Below are positions 28,318-36,229 of a stretch of 64,000 bases of DNA, in pieces (the stretch's first letter is position 1; every line of letters begins with the position of its first letter). A program made the position numbers and the translations under genes. Under the pieces are notes generated by a model. It saw only the letters and a program-made list of their open reading frames with translations, did not search any database and had not been told where the DNA came from. This DNA is from Myxococcota bacterium (GTDB lineage Bacteria > Myxococcota_A > UBA9042 > PHBI01 > JACKFB01). The stretch covers positions 19,130 through 83,129 of the forward strand of contig JAWKRR010000022.1 of the NCBI GenBank assembly GCA_041389525.1, read 5' to 3'.

Positions 28318-28383
28318 CCCGCCCTGCGCGCCGGCCGCGCGGCGGCGCCTCGGCGCGCGGCGGCGCAGGGGCGGCCGGGCGGG

Positions 28384-29223
28384 TTACTTGCCGTCGAGGG
28401 CGGCGAGGAGTCGCTTGGCGTAGGCGTCGCGGTCGACCGCAAAATTGTCTTTGCGGTCGGGGTTTTCGACGACGTAGATGGCCTTGTCGACCAGCTTCTT
28501 CTGCTTGGCCTGCAGGGCCTTCATGTCCTTGAGGGAGAAGAGCTGGTCCTTGCTGCCCACGATGAGGGTGATGCCGGTGAGCTGCTTGCCGGGGGCGCCG
28601 TCGAGGGCCGTCTGGGGCTCGTAACGCTTCTCGTAGCCGGCGAAGGGGACCTCCATGGGCGTGTCCCAGCTCGAGAAGCGCCGCTCGAGATCCTCCATGG
28701 AGAGAAATGGCGTGTCGGCGATGATGCGCGTCAGCTCGGGGCGGCCGTAGCCTATGCCGAGGGCGAGGCCGGCGCCGATTCCCCAGCCGTAGACCGCGAA
28801 GGACTTGCCGTGGGTCTTGCGGCAGTAGTCGAGCATCGTCGCGTAGTCGTCCTGGAAGTGCGGGTAGATGAACATGTTGTTGTCGATCTCGAACTCGCTG
28901 CTCTCGCCGAAGCCGCGGTAGTCGAAGGCCACCACGTTGAACTGCCCGGTGAGGGCGTCGACGCGGCGCAGGTAGTCGCCCATGTTGCCCTCGCCGTTGT
29001 GGCTGATGAGCACGAGCTTCGTGGTCTTCGTCTTGGCCGGGAAGGTCCAGACGTTGAGCGTGGCGGTGCCGTCGTTCGTGGGGACCTTGGCCTCGGTGAA
29101 GGCCATGTTGAACTTGTCCGGGCGCTGCTTGTAGGTGCGGCTTGGGTTCAGGGCCATCGCGTCGGCGGCGACGAGGGTGGCGAGGGCCGCGAGGGCGGCG
29201 GTCAGGGCGGTTTTGCGCAGCAT
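28384..29223 (-). CDS. secreted alpha/beta-hydrolase-fold-like protein (nucleophile motif atypical)
   Basis: Signal peptide 'MLRKTALTAALAALATLVAADAMA'. 'LVLISHNGEGNMGDY', 'VVAFDYRGFGES' and 'FAVYGWGIGAGLALG' resemble the oxyanion/nucleophile-elbow region of prolyl-oligopeptidase/DLH-like hydrolases, but Gly sits where the catalytic Ser is expected. AT-poorer, Lys-rich composition. Confidence 0.45.
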   Translation of the reverse strand: MLRKTALTAALAALATLVAADAMALNPSRTYKQRPDKFNMAFTEAKVPTNDGTATLNVWTFPAKTKTTKLVLISHNGEGNMGDYLRRVDALTGQFNVVAFDYRGFGESSEFEIDNNMFIYPHFQDDYATMLDYCRKTHGKSFAVYGWGIGAGLALGIGYGRPELTRIIADTPFLSMEDLERRFSSWDTPMEVPFAGYEKRYEPQTALDGAPGKQLTGITLIVGSKDQLFSLKDMKALQAKQKKLVDKAIYVVENPDRKDNFAVDRDAYAKRLLAALDGK

Positions 29224-29510
29224 GGGCGGGGCTCCTGGAGGGTAGGGCGCCGCCCCAGCCCCGAGGCCGCGGCGAGGATGACGCCGAGTGTGTATAATGG
29301 GGGGAGTTTACTGGCTGGGCGGTCGGTGTCGAGCACACGGGACGCGCAGCGCCGGCGGCGTAGATTCAGCAATCGCGCGTTTGGTGCGTTGTTTCGGTTG
29401 CCGGGACTGGGTTGTGCCCGTAGATGGATGGAGTTCTGGGGATCGCAGCCCAGCTCGACGCCGCCCGGTCATCCGCTCCCGACCTGTGTTTAGACGATGA
29501 GGACCTCTCG

Positions 29511-30116
29511 ATGGCGCGACCCAAATCATTCGATGTCGACGAGGTGCTGGAGCAGGCCGCGACGCTGTTCTGGAACCAGGGCTACGAGGCGACCTCGATG
29601 CGCGACCTCGAGAACGAGCTCGGCGTGGGGCGGCAGAGCCTCTACGACACGTTCGGCGACAAGCGCTCGCTCTTTCTCAAGGCGCTGGAGCGCTACGCGA
29701 AGGATGGCGAGAGCTTCTGGGCTGGCATGGAGGGCCCCGACGCCGGCTTGGCGGAGCTGCGGACCTGGTTTGACGCGCTGGTGGACCACGCGGGCCGCGA
29801 CGGGAGGCGGGCGGGCTGCTTTGTCGTCAACACGGTGGCGGAGCTTGGCGACCAAGACGAGGGCGCGAACGCCATCTGCCGCAGGAGCCGCGAGACCCTG
29901 GCGAAGCGATTCCGGAACGTGCTGGAGAACGCCGTGCGCCGCGACGAGCTGCCCAGCCCGGCCGACCTGGGCGCGGCCGCCGATTTCCTGGTCGCCCAGA
30001 CCTACGGCGTGCTGCTGATGGGCAAGAACGGCGCCGCCAGAGACCGCCTCCGCGCGGCCACCGCCCAGGCGCTGCGAGCCGTAGGGGTCGGGTCCGGACT
30101 TAAGACTTGCTCTTGA
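29511..30116 (+). CDS. TetR-family transcriptional regulator
   Basis: N-terminal HTH 'VLEQAATLFWNQGYEATSMRDLENELGVGRQSLYDTFGDKRSLF' is the TetR_N signature. ATG 29511. Confidence 0.8.
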   Translation: MARPKSFDVDEVLEQAATLFWNQGYEATSMRDLENELGVGRQSLYDTFGDKRSLFLKALERYAKDGESFWAGMEGPDAGLAELRTWFDALVDHAGRDGRRAGCFVVNTVAELGDQDEGANAICRRSRETLAKRFRNVLENAVRRDELPSPADLGAAADFLVAQTYGVLLMGKNGAARDRLRAATAQALRAVGVGSGLKTCS

Positions 30117-30149
30117 CGAGGGCGGGGTTGGGGGCGAGGCTCCGCGGCC

Positions 30150-31142
30150 ATGGCACGTACAGCACGCATTCAGGCTCCTGGGCTTTGGCATCACGTGATG
30201 AACCGCGGGGTTGGGCGCGGGGATGTGTTCGTCGACGACGACGACCGGCACGGGTTCTTCGAGCTGCTTGAGGACGTCGCCGAGCGGTGGGGGCTGCGGA
30301 CGCACGCGTTCTGCCTGATGGGCAACCACTTCCACCTGCTCGTCGAGGACACGGAGGGAAACCTCGCGCGGGGGATGCGGCACGTGCTCGGCGTCTACAC
30401 GCAGCGCTTCAACCGGCGACACGGGCGCGACGGGTCGCTCTTTCGCGGGCGGTTTCGGTCGCGGCTGGTGCAGCACGAGGAGTACCTCGCGGAGCTTGTG
30501 CGCTACATCCATATGAACCCGGTGCAGGCGGGGCTCGCCGAGCACGCGGGCGACTACCCGTGGTCCAGCCACGGGCACTACATGCGCGGCACGGGCCCCG
30601 CGTGGCTCGCGACGGGGGAGGTCATGGGCCGGTTCGGTGGCGACCCCGAGCGGCTCGACACCTTCGTGCACGCGCGGGTGCCCGACGAGGTCAAGGCGGC
30701 GCTGGACCCGGCGGTCAACCCGAAGCTGCTGGGCGACGACGCGTTCGAGGCGGCTTGGGCCGACCGGCTGCGCGGGCGGCCAGGCTCGGGCCCGGCGGCG
30801 GCTGACGCGCCGGGCCGCCTTCGTAGCGCCGCGCGCGAGGTGATCGCCGCGGTCGCCGCGCACTTCCACGTCAAGCCGGCCGCCATCAAGCGGGCGGTCC
30901 GCGGGCAGCCCAACCCCGCCCGCCACGTCGCGCTGCTGGTCTGCTTGGACTACACGCAGATGTCGAGTCGCGACGTCGCCCGGGCCCTGGCGATGCACCC
31001 CACCAGCGTCGCCTCGCTGGCGCATCGCTACCGCAAGACGATGGCTCAGGACCCCGAGTTCCGGGCGGACGTGCAGGCCGTGCTCGCCGCGCTGCGCGCC
31101 GCCCCCCAGCCTGCGTCGACTCGCGGCGCAGCCAAGAGCTGA
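30150..31142 (+). mobile_element. IS200/IS605-like Y1 HUH transposase of the RAYT type (COG1943) with a C-terminal DnaA-C-like HTH domain
   Basis: 'HHVMNRGVGRGDVF...LRTHAFCLMGNHFHLLVE' carries the HuH motif. 'ELVRYIHMNPVQAGL' and 'YPWSSHGHY' (catalytic Tyr region) are typical of RAYT/IS200-like TnpA. The C-terminal 'HVALLVCLDYTQMSSRDVARALAMHPTSVASLAHR' resembles DnaA domain IV. REP-like copies are scattered in the window (see repeats). Confidence 0.7.
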
Positions 31143-31452
31143 GCGGGCGCGCGGCGAACAAGCCCGCCCGGGTCCGAGGCGAATCTAGAGACGGCGACAG
31201 GCCGATCGGAGATCCTCGGGCCCGAACTCGCCCGCGGTGACGGGTCTTTTTCGCGCCGACCGACCGTCGGGGTTCGCCGTTCGGCAGCGGCGCGCTGGCC
31301 CCGGGGTTGCTCGCCCATAGGGCCGGACCTAGTGCCGCGAGGGTTTCGTCTCGGCGAGCCAGTTACATCGACGGCGCGAATGCGCGTGGCGCACCGGCCG
31401 CGGGTCCGCATTCTAAATGCCTCACACACAATGACTTGGAAGAGGCTCCACG

Positions 31453-34400
31453 ATGCGTAAGCAGACGTTCCGGATTGGCCTGCTCGTGGCCGTTGCTTTA
31501 TTGGCGGGTTGTCCAGACGGCACGACCTCGTCGAACGACGCCACGGCCGATGCGCTCCCCGAGGTCGACGGCTCGACATTCCTCGACAGTGCGGGCGGCG
31601 ACGCGACCGTGGACACCGCGCCCGACGCCACGCCGGACACCGTCCCTGACACAACGGACACGGGCCCCGACGCCACGCCGGACGCGGTCCCCGACGCCAC
31701 GCCGGACGCGGTCCCCGACGCCACGCCGGACGCGGCCCCCGACGCCACGCCGGACGCGGCCCCCGACGCCACGCCGGACGCGGTCCCCGACATCCGCGCC
31801 GGACGCGGTCCCCGACGCCACGCCGGACGCGGCCCCCGACGCCACGCCGGACGCGGCCCCCGACACCACGCCGGACGCGGCCCCCGACGCCACGCCGGAC
31901 GCGGTCCCCGACACCGCGCCGGACGCGGTCCCCGACACCGCGCCGGACACGGCCCCCGACACCACGCCGGACACAGCCCCTGACACCACGCCGGACACGG
32001 TCCCCGACACCACGCCGGACGCTGGCACCGCCTGCGAGTGCGGCCCGACTGCACCGGAAGGTCTGCGGGACGACGCCTGCGGCGGCACCTGCGGTGAGTG
32101 CGCCTCCGGCCAGCTGTGCAGCGCGGACGGCACCGCCTGCGAGTGCGTGCCCGACTGCACCGGAAAGGTCTGCGGCGACGACGCCTGCGGCGGCACCTGC
32201 GGTGAGTGCGCCTCCGGCCAAGCGTGCAGCGCGGACGGCACCGCCTGCGAGTGCGTGCCCGACTGCACCGGAAAGGTCTGCGGCGACGACGCCTGCGGCG
32301 GCACCTGCGGTGAGTGCGCCTCCGGCCAAGCGTGCAGCGCGGACGGCACCGCCTGCGAGTGCGCGCCCGACTGCACCGGAAAGATCTGCGGCGACGACGC
32401 CTGCGGCGGCACCTGCGGTGAGTGCGCCTCCGGCCAAGCGTGCAGCGCGGACGGCACCGCCTGCGAGTGCGTGCCCGACTGCAACGGCGCGGTGTGCGGT
32501 GACGACGGCTGTGGCGGCAGCTGCAGCGCGGACACCCCGACCATCGCGTGCGCCGACGTCTTCACCGGCGTGACCAACGAAGGCGGCGCGACCGCCCTGA
32601 ACAACGCCACCTGGGGCGGGTGCGCGGTGAACGAAGAGTACGACGGTCCCGAGATCGGCTGGGTGTTCACCCCGACCCAGGACTCCGTCGCCACGTTTGA
32701 GCAGACCAACGACCCGGCGTTCGGAGGCATCGGGGGCGTCGGCGACGACGTAGACCTCTTCGTGATCGAGGCGGACGACGCCAACATGTGCTCGCCCAGC
32801 CCGACCGCGTGCCTCAACGCCACCGCATTCCACACCGCCGTGTTCAACGCGGTCGCCGGCAAGACCTACTACCTCATCATGGACGGTTGGACCTCGGGTG
32901 GCGGCTCCGGCATCGTCAACCCCATCGACGTCAGCCTGACCTGCTGCACGCCCGACTGCGCGGGCAAGCTGTGCGGCGACGACGGCTGCGGCGGCACCTG
33001 CGGCGAGTGCGCCGATGGGGACGCGTGCAACGAAGGGGCCTGCTGCACGCCCGACTGCGCCGGCAAGGTGTGCGGCGACGACGGCTGCGGCGGCACCTGC
33101 GGCGAATGCGCCGCCGGGGACACGTGCACCGTGGGGACCTGCTGCACGCCCGACTGCACGGGCAAACTGTGCGGCGGCGACGGCTGTGGCGGCAGCTGCG
33201 GCGGGGACGCCCCGACCATCGCGTGCGCTGACGTCTTCACCGGCCTGACCAACGACGGGGGTCCTGCCACCCTGAACACAGCCACCTGGAACGGGTGCGC
33301 GAGCTCGGAGGCGTACGACGGTCCCGAGATCGGCTGGGTGTTCACACCGACCCAGGACTCCGTCGCCACGTTCGAGCAGACCAACGACCCGGCGTTCGGA
33401 GGCATCGGGGGCATAGGCGACGACGTAGACCTCTTCGTGGTCGAGGCAGACGACGCCAACATGTGCTCGCCGAGCCCGGACACGTGCCTCGCCGCCACCC
33501 GATTCTACGATGCCGAGTTCAAAGCGGTCGCCGGGAAGAGCTACTACCTCATCCTGGACGGCTGGACCTCCGGTGGCGGCACCGGCATCGTCAACCCCAT
33601 CGACGTCAGCCTGACCTGCTGCTTCCCGGCCTGCGACAACCTCAGCTGCGACATCACCGACGGGTGCGGCGGGACCTGCGGTTGCGCCGCGGGAGACACG
33701 TGCAACGCCGGCTCCTGCTGCACGCCCGATTGCGCGGGCAAGCTGTGCGGCGACGACGGCTGCGGCGGCAGCTGCGGTGCCTGCAACGCCGGGGACACGT
33801 GCAACCAAGGGGCCTGCTGCACGCCCGATTGCACGGGCAAGCTGTGCGGCGACGACGGCTGCGGCGGTGGTTGCGGCGAGGACGTCCCGACCATCGCATG
33901 CGCTGACGTCTTCACCGGCCTGACCAATGACGGAGGCTTGACCACCCTGAACAACGCCACGTGGAACGGGTGCGCGGGCGCGGAGGACTACGAGGGTCCC
34001 GAGATCGGCTGGGTGTTCACCCCGACCGAGGACGTCGCCGCCAGCTTCGTGCAGACCAACGACCCGCTGCTCACCGGGGCCGCAGCCGTCGCCGACGACT
34101 TGGACCTCTTCGTGGTCGAGGCCGACGCGGTGGATATGTGCTTGCCGAGCCCAGCCGCGTGCCTCACCGCCACCACGTTGCACACCGCCGACTTCAACGC
34201 GTTCGCCGGCAAGAGCTACTACCTCATCCTTGACGGCTGGACCGGGGGTGGCGGCACCGGAATCGTCAATCCCATCGACGTCAGCCTGACCTGCTGTGTC
34301 CGCTCCTGCGACAAAGTCAGCTGCGGCGGCGCGGACGGGTGCGGAGGGACCTGCGGTTGCGCCGACGGGGACACGTGCAACGCAGGTTCCTGCTGCACGC

Positions 34401-34915
34401 CAGCGTGCGCCCCGGGGGTCTGCGGAGCCGGCTCCGACGGATGTGGCGGCCAGTGCGCCTGCGACGCGGGCTTGGTCTGCGGCGTCGACAACCAGTGCGC
34501 GCCACCCGGGCAGGGCAATGACTGCAGCGACCCCCTGGTCGCCACGGGCGCGCTCCCCATCACCTTGACCGGAGACACCGATCTCTTTTTCGACTCGTTC
34601 ACGGGCGGGGACACCTGCGCGACGAACTTCGGGAATGGCAGCGGTGTTGCCGACGCCGTCTACGAGTGGACTCCCGACGAGACCGGGGCCTACACGTTCA
34701 CCCTGGACGTGGGTGGCAGCGGCGCCGCGCCGAGCTTCTTGCACTACCGCACGGCGTGCGACGGGGCCTGTGACGGGGCAAGCGGAGACCTCTACCAGGG
34801 CGGCGCCGTGACGTGGACCCTGACCGGCGGCACGACCTACCACATCATCGTGGATGGACAGTTCTCCGAGGAGGCCGGTCCCTACACCCTGACCATCTCG
34901 GGGCCGGCTCCCTGA
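31453..34915 (+). CDS. giant Cys-rich secreted lipoprotein built from nested tandem repeats; +1 frameshift near 31793 (pseudogene or repeat-tract sequencing error)
   Basis: ATG 31453, lipobox 'LLAGC'. About 16 copies of an 8-aa (24-bp) TPDA(V/A)PDA repeat. Frame breaks after '...PDATPDAVPD', where 'gacatccgcgccggac' replaces the consensus 'gacgccacgccggac' (1-nt insertion); reading continues in the frame of ORF 31307..34915. Then 4 copies of a 36-aa unit 'DACGGTCGECASGQACSADGTACECVPDCTGKVCGD', three ~225-aa domains ('IACADVFTG...GWTSGGG(S/T)GIVNPIDVSLTCC') and a distinct C-terminal domain. The antisense 1333-aa ORF 31046..35047(-) is an artefact. Confidence 0.6.
31620..32020 (+). repeat. 24-bp in-frame tandem repeat (about 16 copies) encoding (T/A)PDA(V/A/T)PDA
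   Basis: Direct reading: cccgacgccacgccggacgcggtc reiterated with a few substitutions. One unit carries the extra nucleotide that causes the frameshift. Confidence 0.8.
32075..32510 (+). repeat. 108-bp near-identical tandem repeat (4 copies) encoding a 36-aa Cys-rich unit
   Basis: 'gcctgcggcggcacctgcggtgagtgcgcctccggcca' recurs at 32075, 32183, 32291 and 32399 (period 108). Confidence 0.8.
32540..34560 (+). repeat. three ~675-bp tandem copies encoding a ~225-aa domain
   Basis: Units begin 'ccgaccatcgc(g/a)tgcgc(c/t)gacgtcttcaccggc' at about 32540, 33226 and 33890. Each encodes 'EIGWVFTPTQDSVATFEQTNDPAFGGIGG.GDDVDLFV.EADDANMCSPSP..CL'. Confidence 0.75.
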
Positions 34916-35065
34916 TCGGCGTGGCGCGGCGGCGGCGGGCTGGTCCGTCGCCGCCTGCCCACAGCGCGGCGGCTGCTGCCCGATGTGGTCGCCGCCCCGC
35001 CACGGCTGGCTGGCGGTCGGCCGCGAGCGCCGGTATCGTCGTGCCATCGAAACACGGAGGCGGCG

Positions 35066-36229
35066 ATGGTCTGCTCACGGCTCGGCGACGGGCTGCTGGC
35101 TTTGTCGTGCGCGGTGCTCTTGGCGTGCGGTGGCGGGACCGGAACCGACGACCCGGGGGAGCCGGGCGTCGTCACTGAGTGGGACGGGCAGACCTGTCCA
35201 GGCGGCGGCACGCTGGCGACGGACCCGGTGGACGTCCACGCGCGCTGGTGCGAGTCCGGGGGGAAGCGCTCGGGGCCCTTTGGGCGCTGGTATCCGCCCG
35301 GGCCTGAGGCCGGCGGGGCGCGCGAGGTGCTCGGCCAGTACTCGGGCGGGCTGGCGAGCGGCACCTGGGCGACCTACTACGAGTCGGGCGGGATCGCTGA
35401 GACGGGCGCCTATCGGGACGGGGAGCGAGATGGGGGCTGGCGATTCTTGAGGGCCGACGGCTCGCTGGAGAGCGACGGGACCTACGCGGCCGGGGTCCTC
35501 AGCGGCGCGTGGAAGACCTACGCGCGCGACGGCGGCGTCGCGGAAGCCGGCGCGTACGTCGCGGGCGAGCGGGGCGGCGTCTGGACGCGCTACGGGGCCG
35601 CGGGCCAGGTCGTCGAGACCACCACCTGGGCGGCCGGGCTGCGCGACGGGCTCTACGAGCGCTTCTACGCCGACGGCGGCGCGGCGGAGACCGGGACCTA
35701 CGCGGCCGACCGGCGCCAGGGCACCTGGACCCTGTGGCACCCCGGCGGCGAGAAACAGACCGAGGGCGCCTACGACCGCGGGACGAAGACCGGCCTGTGG
35801 CGTGGCTGGATGCCCGACGGCCGACCCGACTTCGAGGGGCCCTACGTCGCGAGCCTCGCCCACGGGACCTGGACCTTCTGGGAGTACGCGCTGCCCTCGC
35901 CGATACGCCGTCGCACCGGCGAGTTCCGGTCCGGCGCCGCGGTCGGCGCGTGGAAGGTCATCTGGGAGACCGGCGGCGCGGGCACCGTGCAAGAGGAATA
36001 TGCCTACGTCGGCGGCCTGCCCCACGGCCCGACCCGCGGCTTCTGGCAGGACGGCACGCCCTGGTGGGTCGGCTTCTACAGCGCCGGACAGCGAGACGGC
36101 GCCTGGATGATTTGGCACTCCAACGGGCAGTTGGCGGCACAAGGCGAGTACGCGGACGGCGAGCGCACCGGCGACTGGACCTGCTTCGACGCGTCTGGCC
36201 AGCCCACCGACTGCGAGGGGCTCCTATGA
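35066..36229 (+). CDS. MORN-repeat-variant (YwqK-like) lipoprotein
   Basis: ATG 35066, lipobox 'LLACGG'. About 10 repeats of the G(T/A)W..(Y/W)...G....G.Y..G...G.W type ('GTWATYYESGGIAETGAYRDGERDGGWRF', 'GAWKTYARDGGVAEAGAYVAGERGGVWTRY', etc.). Confidence 0.7.
   Translation: MVCSRLGDGLLALSCAVLLACGGGTGTDDPGEPGVVTEWDGQTCPGGGTLATDPVDVHARWCESGGKRSGPFGRWYPPGPEAGGAREVLGQYSGGLASGTWATYYESGGIAETGAYRDGERDGGWRFLRADGSLESDGTYAAGVLSGAWKTYARDGGVAEAGAYVAGERGGVWTRYGAAGQVVETTTWAAGLRDGLYERFYADGGAAETGTYAADRRQGTWTLWHPGGEKQTEGAYDRGTKTGLWRGWMPDGRPDFEGPYVASLAHGTWTFWEYALPSPIRRRTGEFRSGAAVGAWKVIWETGGAGTVQEEYAYVGGLPHGPTRGFWQDGTPWWVGFYSAGQRDGAWMIWHSNGQLAAQGEYADGERTGDWTCFDASGQPTDCEGLL

Noticed and set aside
31620-34560. 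Possible CRISPR array, suggested by regularly spaced direct repeats
   Set aside because: The repeats are in-frame coding units (24, 108 and 675 bp) of a lipoprotein gene. The intervening segments are themselves repeated rather than unique spacers, and no cas genes are present.
31046-35047. 1333-aa ORF on the minus strand spanning the whole repeat gene
   Set aside because: Ala/Gly/Arg/Val low-complexity translation that mirrors the repeat periodicity of the plus-strand gene. The plus strand encodes a lipoprotein signal, coherent Cys frameworks and a defined stop, so the minus ORF is an antisense artefact of GC-rich repeats.
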